The notes under the pieces were generated by a model, which saw only the letters and a list, made by a program, of their open reading frames with translations, did not search any database and was not told the origin of the DNA. Positions 51,316 to 64,000 of a stretch of DNA of 64,000 bases are shown piece by piece. Numbering within the stretch: the stretch's first letter is position 1; each line of letters starts with the position of its first letter. The translations under genes and the position numbers were made by a program. The stretch spans positions 100,316,001 to 100,380,000 of the forward strand of contig NC_042998.1 in the NCBI RefSeq assembly GCF_006345805.1, written 5' to 3'. Origin of the DNA: Octopus sinensis (Eukaryota).

Positions 51316-52132
51316 AAGGTGGAGAACTTGCAGAATCATTACTACACTGGGCAGAACGCTTCGTAGTATTTTGTCTGTCCTTATGTTCTGAGTTCAAATT
51401 CTGCCAAGGTCGACTTTACCTTTCATCCTTCTGAGGTCGATAAAATAAGTACCAGTTGAACACTAGGGTTGATGTAATTGACTTACTCCTCCCCCAAGAT
51501 TACTGGCCTTGTGCCAAAATGTGAAACCAATATTATTATTATTATTATCATTAAGGTGGCAAGTTGCAGAACTGTTAGCATGCTGGACAAAATACTAAAC
51601 ATCTTGTCCGTCTTTATGTCCCAGTTCAAATGCTGCCTAGGTTGACTTCATCTTTCATTCTTTCAGGGTCAATGAAATAAGTACCTCTTGAGCACTGGGG
51701 GTCAATGTTAATAATTAGCCCTCCTAAAGAATTTCAGGCCTTGTACCTATAGTAGAAAGGATTATTATCACCATTATTATTGTTATTATTATTAAAGCAG
51801 TTGAGTCCACAGAATCGTCAATGTGCCATACAAAATAAGCAGAAATTTTTATGGCTTTTAATGTTCTAAGAATACCAGGATTAACTTGTCTTTTATCTTT
51901 TCAGGATTGATAAAATAAGTATCAATTGAACACTTGAGCCAATATAATTAACTAATCCCATCTTCCTAAAATTGTGGACTTTGTGCAAAAATTACAAAGA
52001 ATTATTACAATTAATATTATAATTACTTTGTGGGTTGATAAAATAACAACCAGGCAAGTACAGAGGTCAATGTAATCAACTTGCTCCTTCCCCTCAAAAT
52101 TGCTGGCCTGGGACCAAACTTTGAAACCATTG
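51316..52132 (+). mobile_element. Four head-to-tail copies of a tRNA-derived SINE with (ATT)n tails
   Basis: Copies ~51316-51551, 51552-51793, 51794-52025, 52026-52132 share gagttcaaattc..gactt..tttcatcct..gggtcgataaaataagtacc..ggccttgtgccaaaa + (TTA)n. Other copies at ~2855-3068, 28690-28900, 29840-30050. Confidence 0.85.
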
Positions 52133-53242
52133 TCTAAGTCGAAATGTGTGATGCTGTCATGTGGTTAGTTGAAGGTAGAAGTGAAAGACAGAAAGAGAGA
52201 GAAGAGTGTTAGGCTCAGGGGAAAGGGATTGCTATTGTGTTATATAGTTAGTTGAGAGAGAGAGAAAGTGTGTTTACTGAAGGCAATACGGCATTGATGT
52301 ATCTGTCTATCTATCCACAGGTAAGATACATCAACAGAAGAGAGAAAGATGGATGGCTAGACATATTGATAGACAGTTAAATTTTATGTGAAATAATCTT
52401 TGCAAATAGTTGTGGATGTTACTCTTTCGTGTGTTCTAGTCCAAGGGCTGTGTTCATGCTAGGGTACCATCATTATGCAGTATTTTATGCTTTTTTAAAA
52501 TTATTATTAGGTTTAAATGCTTAACCATATTGTCAGAGTAGGCAGATACATAACCCATCATGATAGAAATATATAGACAAACAGGTAGATAGTCGAAATG
52601 AAAAGAAGTGAAAACAATCTCGATTGGCAAATAACTTGGACTGAGCCTTGGTACAGATAAGTAGGATGTGATGATGATGGTGGTGGTGCTGGAGTCAATA
52701 GGGATATTGGTTAAAAGAGGTGGCAGTAGTGGTCGAACAGTGAAAAGTGTAGGCTTTTGATATATTATTTTTGTCTTTTAATTTTGATATCAACTATCAC
52801 TTGATGCATGCTCTTTGGTGCAACTAATTATCGTCTGCTCAATCAAAATATATTTGTTTATAAAATATGGACAACAATAGGTGTTGGCTAACAAGAGAAA
52901 GAATGAAAAGGTTTAGGATATGGTGTTTTTATAGATTTTTTTAATTATCCATATTAAGATTCCTTAAAACTTTACCAATGTACTGAAGCAGAATAATAAT
53001 GGCTTTCATTATGTTCCACAGTTAAATGAAAAATAATAGAGAACATTTCACAAAATAGAAGCCATAAGAATATAGCTTTCAGAGATATTGTTTCCTGAGA
53101 TTACACCTCCAATTCTATCTATGTGGACTTTTACACCATCACAAGAATCAAATGATTCAGAAAATATACAATTCCATAGTACAATTTAAAAAAAACAAAA
53201 CAAACATGGAATTTCCACAGGTACTGCTAGTTATTATTAGTT

Positions 53243-53732
53243 CATTCAAATATCACTGAGGTCGACTTTACCTTCCATCCTTTTGGGGTCGATAAAATAA
53301 GTATCAGTTGAACATTGGATGTAATCGACTTATCCCCTTCTCCAAAATTGTTGGCCTTATGCCAAAATTTGAAAGCATTATTATTGTTGTTGTTGTTATT
53401 ATTATTATTATTATTATTATCATCATTATGAATGTTTACACGGACCTTTCTTTCGGACAAAACCCTTTGTACTTTTCATCCTGTCTTTGTCCTTACATGT
53501 TTTTCTTGATTTTAGTTAGCCCTTGTGGCCAATAAACCAGAATTAATTATTATTATTATTATTATTGTTAGTAGTAGTAAACTTTGCCTCTCGTCCTTTC
53601 AGGGTCGATAAAATAAGTATCAGTTAAGAACTGGGGTTGATGAAATCAACTAGCACCCTCTCCTAAAATTCCTGGCCTTGTGCCAAAATTTGAAACTATT
53701 ATTATTTTTTTCTTCTTATTATTATTATTATT
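53243..53732 (+). mobile_element. Two 5'-truncated copies of the same SINE around another retroelement tail
   Basis: 53243-53430 and 53581-53732 end in (ATT)n; between them a segment ending gcccttgtggccaataaa..(ATT)n. Confidence 0.8.
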
Positions 53733-55369
53733 AAGAAGTGAGGAATGTTAATCTGAAAATACTGGATTCAATTCAAATCAACAATGGGGTAAAATTTCTC
53801 TTTTCAACACACTCCCTTTCTTTATATATTTATTCTTCTCTAACACAAGAACAATATTCCTTCAAAGCATCAAAACATTTATGTCTTAAATAAAGAAATG
53901 TTAATTTTGCTGTAAAATACGTAAAAAGAAACTTCCTCTTTTGATGCGTAGCATGCCATTTACATAATACTGAAGAAAACCAACACACATCTCTGAAATT
54001 TTAACATTTCTTTTAACCCTCTGCAGTGCAATACATAAAAATGATGAAAGGAGAAAGAAAAAGAATACAATCTTCTGTATGATTTAGTAAAGATATTTTT
54101 TAGCTGCTACCATAGTTACCATGTCATTAAGGCTTGATATAACAAATTGATTTAGAGAATTTAAATGCTAAATAGGTGTGGTAATGAAATGAAATGCTGA
54201 AAGAATAATGTCTTTTCCTTTTAGTTTTCTTTTTATTTTCAGTACAAGGAAATAAAAAGATACTTAAAAACAATTCGTTTGGGCTGTGTTCCTGTTTACT
54301 AACAAACAATACAAACAATAGCTTAGTAAACAATACAAAATTAGCATTAATAACAATGGTCCAAATGATTTACAATAACCAGACTAGAAATTAACAAAAA
54401 CTCAAAACAGAAAGAAATAGATTCCAAACAACAAATCTATCAGCTGAAGAATTTCATCTGGGTTAATGAATGATGTCAAGGTATATGGAACAAGTACAGA
54501 ATATGAATTTTTATTCTGTGGCTAAAGTCTGTCTGAAGTATTCATATCATGTCTTCAATAAAGTATCACTAAATAAATGAATGAATAAACCCACTGCAGC
54601 AACACAACTCCTAAATAATTGATTAAGCAGGCTTTATAATTAAATCAAAATAATTTTAAAGTTGTATATGTGAACATACTATTGAATAACTGATTGAATG
54701 GTCAACTAAGGTTTTCAGAAGGAGAAACCTAAAACATTTAAAAGTACATCAACAGGAAAATTTCTGGTTCTTGTCTATTCATAGATTAGCCAATTGAGCA
54801 GACCTATAATCAAAGAAGTTCCAGTTATGACTCTCCCATATTATTTCAGATAATGTCTTGTGATTGCACTCTTCAATATATTTGTTCTTTTCTAAGGCAG
54901 CAGACTGTGATTTGAGGGAGTAAGGTTGCTATTTCTAAAGCCAAGTTACCATATAGAAGCTGTAATATTGAAATTTTCTGGTTAAAATTCGAGGTTCAAA
55001 TAATCTTTCTTTTAATATACCTTATATATACTCCCACAAAATGGCTCCTTTACAGCACATTGACAACAGAATGGAATAGCTACATGTATGTATTCACTAC
55101 AAGGTTTGTAAACAAGAGGTAAGGATATTGTAGAGGTTGATGAGGCAAAGAGAGGGAGATGAGGTAGTGTTAGGGTGACAGAGAAGCTACAGGAAGAAGG
55201 TCACTGAAAGACAAAGGAGGGAGAAGTGGACGAGTGCAGTGAGAGTATCCTAACCACCATCACTAACTGTTTTAATGTTGTCTCGGCTATGCTTGCACAA
55301 AAGTGCAGGTTTTCTCCCAAACTCAATGCCATCAACTGCTATAGTCCCTTGTCATTTCTTTTGTGAGGT

Positions 55370-55790
55370 TCAGCATCTGTCCTAGGCTTTCTTCTTTCCA
55401 TAAGCAGTGTCCACCTAGAATATTCAGCATATCTTTATGCAGTATTTGTCATCTATATGCAGTCTTCTTTTTTGCATACTCTAGCTGAATCCTCTTTTAC
55501 TCAGTTTATCTCAGCTCATTTGTATTCCATTGCTCATTCACATTAATAATACTCATCTAGCAAAGCATTCTCACTTCATTTCGTTCAATTTTTTGCAAAT
55601 CCCCTGCATTCAAGGTCCATGTCACACTACCATGTACACTGCACTTCATACAATCTAACCTTCATTCTGAGAGTATTTATTGCCTCCCCTTTGTCACAGA
55701 GGTGGTAGCACCCTGAACTTTTTCTAACCCATTCTTACTTAGGTTACTATGTTAATGTCCCTCTGCCTCTGCTGCTACATAGGATCCCAG
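55370..55790 (-). pseudogene. Degenerate RTE ORF2 C-terminal fragment
   Basis: Minus strand gtgtacatggtagtgtgacatggaccttgaatgcag (LHGSETWA-like), ctctcagaatgaaggttagattgtatga. Confidence 0.55.
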
Positions 55791-56565
55791 GCAGTCAGCA
55801 ATTGGTTACACTGGGTACATGCTATGGAGTTTCTATCCATTCTTTTTCAGCACACCAAGTGAAGCCATTTCCCTGGTGGTAGCAGAGTCCTGTCTTGTGT
55901 ACACACACATGCATATGCATGCCATACAGGAAACAAACAGGCAGATATTCTCATCCTTTTATACCTGTTGCTCTAAGATTGTAGGGGTGAGGGGATGCCT
56001 TCACCAGTAGAGCAACTAACAACTTGTTGCAGCTCTTTGACATCATAATTGTGAAAGTCAGCCTTTGTGATTTCTTTCTGTCTTACTCTTCTACAGGCTC
56101 GTTATTGAAATTGTTGCTTACTCATGTTTTTGGCAGCAATTCCATACATGCCTTGCACAGTTTTCACAAGCCAGCTACACCTAGTTTTCTGAGAAACCAT
56201 CAGAGTGTGGAACTCAGTGAAAGGCCTTCTCCAGGTCAATGAATGTGAGGCAGAATGGCTTGTTCTTAGCTAAGAACATTTTCTGTAATTGTTACACTAA
56301 GTAGAGGGTGTTAGTGGTACAACCCCCTGATACAAACCTGAACTGCATCTCATTTAAATTAATTATCTTTCTAACTTACTATGCTACTTACATAAATTAA
56401 TCTTGTTGCAGTTGATGGCTATGTCAATTTTTAAAGATGGCACCTCTCTATGCTACCCAACAGAGTATCTAAGGGACCAGCACATATTCTACTTTGCCAG
56501 CTATTTCCAGTGTCTTATTGATTATCCATAGGTCCAGCTACTTTCTTTGCCTTCATTATCTTTAA

Positions 56566-56789
56566 CCCTTTCATTACCAACCCGGCTGAAACTGCCGCTG
56601 GCTCTGTAATACAGATGTCTTGTATTTTTCATAAGTTTTGAATTAAAATCTTCCACTAAATCTTAGTCTCAATTTATGTTCCTAACACTAGCTGAATGAT
56701 AACTCAGTTATTTTACTAAATTCTTTGTTATATTTAAAGTAATTGAAAGAAATACAGAGCATCTCAACAGAAATACAGTAACAAAAGAG
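56566..56789. mobile_element. Second TTAA-type MITE family
   Basis: TTAA|CCCTTTCATTAC ... GTAACAAAAGAG|TTAA; 224 bp. Confidence 0.8.
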
Positions 56790-59700
56790 TTAATGGCTCT
56801 TTTAACAGCATAGCCTGTCAACTTCAGTAACTGGTCCCTCTACTGGGTCTAGTTGGGAGCAATTCCTCTTTTTCCTTATTTAGCAATCTCTTGTCATATC
56901 ATTTCCATGTCCCTTTCTCTTTAATATAAATTAGGGCGAGTGCACAGCAATAATTTCATATGCACTTTTCAACTAATGTCTTCAATAACAACCTGATTTT
57001 CACATGCACACTGTTTTACAAACTACAATGCCCATACCTATGATTCTCATGTTGCAGAACATTGCTTTATCTTGTACAATAAGCTCCTTTCTTTGTTAAA
57101 GATACCTGATACCCAACTTCTGTTCTGGCTATTTAATTTTGCTCTTTGCTTGCTCCCCATTTTCTTCTATTCTATCTAGGCTTGCAGATTAGCTTTTATG
57201 GCTCTATTATACCATCCCACCACTATGTCACCTTTGTAGTTGGGTGCAACTTTGTTCCATTCACAGATATGGTCTGTAGTTTGCAGTAGGCTGTCTCACA
57301 GAAACTCCCAGTTGTCTCCTTTGTTGTAAATATCTCCTCTTCCTTCTCATTAAAATGCATCAACTAGCAATTCTATGAATCAACATCTGACTGAAGGCTC
57401 TTTCAGCTTTCACTACTTTCTTCTCCAAATTATCTTGTGTCCCTGGTTCTATGCACCACTTACTCACATGAGAGAGAGAGAGAGAGAGAGAGAGAGTAAA
57501 GGGTGTAAACATAAGCACTAAAACCATAAAACAGTGTTCTTTAAACAAAGTCCTCAGCAATATTTGTTGTGCAATGAGTTATATACACCATCATGTCACT
57601 CTCAGCATCATAAATGCAGTAAGCTGGCAAATGGCCCATTGGAAACCTGTAGGCAGTGACATTATTATTCACCAGTTGTGTAGTTCTAGCGTTGCAATTA
57701 AAAAACCAGCAAAACATGTTCTGTGATCTCATTTCTTTTGTTGGTTGGCTTTTTAAATAATCCTCCATTGCTGTTATTTTAGACAAGGTATCACAATTCA
57801 CATTCTTTCTTTCCATAAAAGTCAATAGGGTACATCTCTCTTACTGATGGCTATTTGCTTATTAGAAATAGTTCAGTTGATGATATATATTTAGTAAATG
57901 AGTAACACAGGATGGAATAAATAAATAAAAATGATATCCTGGTTTTGAAACACAAACGCTATGCCCTTATGTGTCATAAGAAGCAACTAAAAGAGTGTTA
58001 AACAGAGAGGCTAAACATAAGTTGCACAAAAGACTCGTGCAACATTGAAAAGCAGACAAAGTAGCGATGACGTTATAATCTTCCTCATCATCATTTTAAT
58101 GTAACTTTTCTCTGCATGCAGAGACTGAACAGAGTTAATTGAGGCAGATTTTCTACAGTCAGATGCCTTTCCTGTTGCCAACCATTGCCTGTTTTCAAGC
58201 AAGGTAATATTTGCCCCAGGTCAAACATGTTTCCTCAGAATATTGGAAATGAATAACATTCAATTACAACAATCATGTGATATAAAGGCAAGGTACAACA
58301 GACACATATGCATATACGATGGGCTTCTTTGAGTTTCTGTCCACGAAATCCACTCATAGGGCTATGGTAGAAGATACTTGCCCAAGATGCCATACAATGG
58401 GACTAAATCTTAAACCAGGTAATTGGGAAGCAAAGTTAATCATACAACCATGGCCGTGCCTATGTACAAATGTACAGATTTGCAGGAATATTTTTTAAAA
58501 ACTTCAAAAACATGTTAATGAAATAAAAAAAAAAGACTGATCTACATGAGCTGGTATTAAAAAGAGAACAAGGGAACAGATTTAAGTGACTTCTTTAATG
58601 CAGGAATAACTAAGTATCTACATGTGTGTGTGTGTGTGTTTTTATTTATAGCTGAATGATAAATTGCACCTAGTCCATGCTGTATGGTTGTTGGCAAAAG
58701 AGGTGGACATACAACTGTTAAAACTATCCCCAAAATACATGAAATACACAACAAAGTCTGGAGTTACCTCTACTATCATATGTATGAGGATGCTACTAAT
58801 ATATAAGTATATATGTTTTATCAAAACTAACACAGATTATAGCAACATACATAAAATTGAGTAAGAAAGACTGAAAGCTATTCTAGTGAATCACTAAACA
58901 AAAGTAACACAAATTGAGAGAAAATTTAAGCGGATGTGTAACAAGTAATAATTCAAATCATACATTTTTTTATCTCTTTTTTTTTTAGAACAAAAAAGAA
59001 GCCCTTCTCATTTGCCTCAGCAACTCTAAACACCCTGTTAGACATAAGCAATAATTGGATATCAAGTTATAACAATTTGAATGGCCAGATTAAATTAAGG
59101 CACAAAAAGAAAATGACTCTCCCCAGACATAACAGATTATATTAAATTATTTGCATCTGAAACAAGTATTTTCCTTCTACTCCTCCTAATACTAGTCTTT
59201 ATATGATACCTAAAGTTTCCAACAAAAACAAATAGAGCAATATTTGTAGTCCTATACCAGTGACAGCATTTGAACCCTTGAATAGCAGCACTACTCTTAA
59301 CAGTTCTCATAAATATAAACATACGATAAAATAAAGCCTATGAAATTAACACAATTACATTATCAGATCCAAATGATTTGTGATGCAAATAGAGCACCAC
59401 TGAGAAAAGATAGTTGTAATATTCCAATTAAAGCTGAGTAATGTCCATTTTCTGTATGTCACTGCAAGCCTTAAAGCTTTCAGGAAGCTTTTCAATTTCC
59501 CACCATACACTAAGCTTTACATATTTATCATGTGCAGAAAGGAGTAATTAATTATAATAGCTTCTCTGTGATGAATATGGTTATAAAATGACATTTTTTG
59601 AAGGGTCTGATGCAGCACTTTTAATACTAAAGCATTACTTTAGCTATGATATAAGAGAAGAAAACATGATTTAGGTCAAGGTTATAATAGGATCAAGTAA

Positions 59701-59944
59701 CCATTAATGGTCTTAAGTTATCAACTTCAGCATGTAAGATATACATGAGTAAAAGATCTTGTACATCACAACTGAACCATTAATACCAGTGTTACTGTCA
59801 ATTCAAATATTGTGAAGGAGAATGAGAGGAAGTCAAATCAACATAAATAATAAGCTAGTAAACCAAACATTTGGGGACTTCTTTATAGCAATAACATTAA
59901 CTGGGCTAATGGAAATTAATTAAATACTGTTTCATCATATTTAC

Positions 59945-60010
59945 CTGTATGGTGATATCAAGCCTGTTTTCATCCAGCAAAATAACCTGTGTTTTGCGGC
60001 CTTCTGTCAT
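59945..60010 (-). CDS. FRMD4A/B: Coding exon, start of FERM F1 lobe (MTEGRKTQVILLDENRLDITIQ), FRMD4A/B orthologue
   Basis: Minus strand reads ctctccaaatatcttttcag|ATGACAGAAGGCCGC...ATCACCATACAG|gtaaat: 66 nt, open, phase 0 end. Matches recalled human FRMD4A MTEGRRCQVHLLDDRKLELLVQ. Whether this ATG is the start codon cannot be told. Confidence 0.93.
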
Positions 60011-62249
60011 CTGAAAAGATATTTGGAGAGTAGTAGAGCTATCAAATAAATGAATAAATAAGGATTACTGTTCGACCGAATGGTCTCTGAAAACACCAGA
60101 TAAACAGGTTAAATGAAGTCAGAACATATTGGAGAAAATATCAAGGATTAACAATGACAGATGAGATGAGATGCAACAGAGCAGATAACCATGCAGAACA
60201 TCCAAACAACATAAACTCAGAAATACACTTGAAATGCATGACTGTCAGTTACATTATTCATAAAGAATCCAATCTATGCAATAAGATGAATTCATAATTT
60301 TCTAAATAAAATTTAAGATATTTAAGAAAATATAGTCATTGATAAGGTACGATGATAAGTAAAAACAATGAGTCTTGTAGCATGAATCATCTTCATTGTT
60401 TGTTTCAACACTAAAACATTGTTGCTTCAATGCTGGCAGAAGTTAAAAGAGTTTTCAATAGAGCATCCATCATCTCATATGCGAAACCCAACATTTACAG
60501 ATCTGTCCTCACCACTACTTCCCAAGATTTCCATGGTTTGCTTCTATGTTTTGTATCTATCACAACATTATTTTCACCCAGCGTGTGGTGAAAATATTCA
60601 TTTGTATTACACATCTATATCAGTGTAGCCATATATTCTGCACACAAAGGCAAAATATCTTTGGTTTCAAGATTCTTCCTCACTTGAGTCACTCTAAAAA
60701 AAAAAAAAAAATTAGGAACAGAGTATTGAGTGTATATGTGAGATTACTATAGTATCTATTGTTTGCATTATCACCATCTTTTGGTTAGTGAGAGATGAGA
60801 TATATTAAGAGCAGTATTTTAACAATAGCCAGATCTGAAATTTTAGAAGCAGACTGCTGGTGGCAAAAATTTATATCCTCTAAAATGCTTTTCAGGTTAA
60901 GATTTTTTAAAAATTCAATATAAAAATGAAAAATTTATTATCATTGTTATTTGTACTGTTGTATCTACCCTTGAAGACAACATTTTTGAATATTCTTATG
61001 TCACATTCATGGCAGCAACATCAGTTAATTTCCCATAGGCCCCATACGCTAAAATGAAAATTTTTTTTCAGTGTATGACAATACAGCAAGTGTTTCAATG
61101 AAACAAGGAGTTACATAACGAAGCATTTTTCTTGTCATTTGCAAGAAATCTTTTTTTAAATTCAATAGATAAATTAAAACTGTTGGTCTTTAGTATAATC
61201 ATAATTGGTTTAATGTCGGTAAAATGTTTGTCTCATAAAATAAATATAATATGGTGACAAAGCTTATATAACAATAGCTCAAGTTTCTGTTGTGACTACA
61301 AAGCATCATCACTAACATCTTTCTTACATGCACTTTTACCAAGCTGGTATGGGTTTAGATAAGACTTTTTGAGGCAGTATTTAATAGCAGGATGCTCTTC
61401 CTAATACAAACTGCTTTTTTCTTTTTCAAGTAAAATACTTTATACTGCTAGCATTCATACATCAAATTGCCAAGCCGTGGAATATATTATTAATGCAGAC
61501 AGTAACAATGTTACCACTGGAAACACACACACACACACAGCTTCTGTATAGTTTCTATGTACCAAATTTCACTCACAAAGTCTTGGTCAGCCTGAGGCTG
61601 AAGTAGAAGACTGTCTAAGGTGCCACAATGTGTGATTGAACCTGAACTTCTAAACCAGACATTCATGCCTGCATCTCAATTTAAAATTAAAACCAAGTGA
61701 TATAACATATTCAACTGAACAAATATGCAAAATAATGTTAATAAAAATCTGTGATTCCAAACTCTGGCATTTAGAACTATTGACTGTCTTTTGAATCAAT
61801 GAAATTCTGTTGATGGAATGATTTTATGAAGTCAGAAAAGGGCTTTCATCAAAAACAGATGCTGGATTAAATTATATTTAACATTAAAATGAAAAGGTTA
61901 ACTATTTAACTGATATTTAGTAAAAACCATATGTAAATAAGTAACAACAAACCCAGAATTGCTTTTCTAAGCATATCACCAGGTTGGTAGACAGATTTTC
62001 AGCCTTTATATTAAAGCTAAGTCCTATTCATTAGAGTTCATTTCTTTCTTGCATTTTTTGTTTTGTAACTCACACAAAAAAGAAAACTCCAGAAGTTAGC
62101 AATGATCAAAAACTGAATGGATACACGATAGCAGTGTTATGAATACAGAGTTTATATTGAACAAACTATACCCTCTAGTAGCACAACAAGACCAAAGACT
62201 TCAAAAATTCATGCAGAATTCCTGAGGCAAAAGTCTTCCAGGGTAGTGT

Positions 62250-63100
62250 GCTGTGCTGATCTTCATTTACAACTGGAATATCCCTCAGAAGAATGTCACT
62301 TATGCTTGCTAAAATTAAAAAAAAAACCTTTATAAAATGAATGAGTTGATTTTCCACTGGCAATATTATCCAACTAACGTGCATTGCCTGACAACATTCC
62401 AGATGCAGGAGCAGTCAACCTTGATCTACATTTAACCCAAGACTTCATAGAGTCAGAGACAAACTGTAGAAAAATGTGCCTGGCAAGAGATGAATAAGCC
62501 TGTTTACCATATAGGAACATCTGCAGGTGTCAAAACCTCAGCACATCATCAGCCACTACATCTTGTGCCTTCAACATAGAGAATGTTGGCAGATGATGGA
62601 CATTCTAACCAATGGAACCAGTTCCTTACACAAGAAGTGAAAGAATGAAACTGGTCACCTTGTTCAAAACTCATCTCAGTTTATATTCACCTGTAATCAA
62701 GCAGACCATTGCTCCAGCAATAGAAGTTGTCTAATTGCTGAGCTGCAAATCCACTGATTTGCCAAAGTTTACTGCCAATACAGTAACAAACATGTAAACA
62801 TAGAGCTCATAAGGCAGACTATCCAACACAGCATTTGGTATCTCTCAAAACCAGAGTGCTTTTCTCGTAGCTGCTGTTATGACAAATTGTTGAAGTAGGC
62901 TCTAAAGTCTATATTTAGCACTAGTTCCCTCAAACACCTGCGTAAAGTGTCTCTGAAAAACCACCCACATCTGTTGAGAATATGTGTATTATATCCATCA
63001 AAAACTAAATTGTAATCTTGTTGCCACATCATGCCTCTGCCATCTGGGCTCATGAAATAGCTTTCTATCCCTTATATGCAGGAACATGAACCTTAGCTCA
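62250..63100 (-). pseudogene. Possible very old L1/Tx1-like LINE fragment
   Basis: LDSLPYELY (cf. GxDGLPYExY) and RPISF-like remnants; GC above background; not contiguous. Confidence 0.35.
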
Positions 63101-64000
63101 AATTATACAAATTTTGGTGCTTTGAATCAAGAAATAGTCCGGCATTGTTTTCAGTGGTAGTACGTTCTATATGAAGTATTTTTTATTCACCTATTGTTTA
63201 AAACTACCTACTAACTCTCCTTCCAATCTATTTGTTTTCTATTATGTCCTTTCCAAACCATAATAGCTCTAATCTTGTTCCATGACGAGAGACTAACTAT
63301 AAAGTGACACTAGATGTTGCTGATGATTTACAAATGTCAACTCCTAACTTGTACATGAATCAGATCGCTAAAAGTTTTCAATACAAAAACAAAAACAAAA
63401 AAAAAGACACATCCAGCTTCCAGTAAATTGTCTTTCATCTTATCTAATTTGATATTGAACTTCCCAAACTTATGGTCTATGGTAACCAACTATCCAAAAC
63501 TGCAAATACCATGCTATCCCTGTTCACAGATCAAACAAAAACTCCAAAAATACAAACTAGGTAATTCAGTTTTGACTCTGGGAAATCGAGAAGATACCTT
63601 TCAAAGAGTTGGGATTGCCTAAGTAGCTTTGCAGGGCTGTTAGTTCCTTCCTTTTTTTACCACAGCTATTCCCATACAATCCTAGCATGTGTCTAAGATG
63701 TCATTCCAGTTGCCCACTAAAATTAAAGCATAGGATATATACATTATAATGCTTGTAGGTGCTTGAAGATATCTAGCTACCAGCCCTAGTTGGGGAATAA
63801 ACTGCCACTAGTCTCAAAGTTATTCATTTCCAGGACTTCTGACTTGAATGAATAAGACCTTGTAATCACTATGATGATGATGATATGATATCATTTACTA
63901 GCCCACAAGATATACATATACAAAAAAAGATAAAATAATGAACAAAACATGTGAAGTTGCACAAACGTCAAATGTTACTTGGAACCTAACCATTAAAAAT

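Overview
AT-rich, repeat-dense animal DNA. The SINE/RTE/MITE families match ones I recall from Octopus assemblies (recall only, not database-checked). The supplied ORF track is almost all microsatellite or LINE debris and misses the real gene. Two short minus-strand exons (59945-60010 and 37983-38077, both AG/GT-bounded) encode MTEGRKTQVILLDENRLDITIQ|PKLYTKDLLDLVASHLNLKEKEYFGLYYLDE, the start of the FERM domain of a FRMD4A/B orthologue, so most of the window is intron. I found no further FERM exon. The introns hold RTE, CR1-group and other LINE fragments, tRNA-derived SINEs, TTAA (piggyBac-like) and 8-bp-TSD (hAT-like) MITEs, microsatellites and a 42-bp minisatellite. The most notable object is a ~430-bp fold-back palindrome (37513-37941) 41 nt into the intron after the second exon. 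It is built from two inverted copies of an element with a tRNA-like head, an (AAT)n spacer and a minimal type I hammerhead-ribozyme motif of the Penelope pseudo-LTR kind. The copy in sense to the host pre-mRNA has lost a core catalytic G. Many coordinates for old repeats are approximate (+/- tens of bp).
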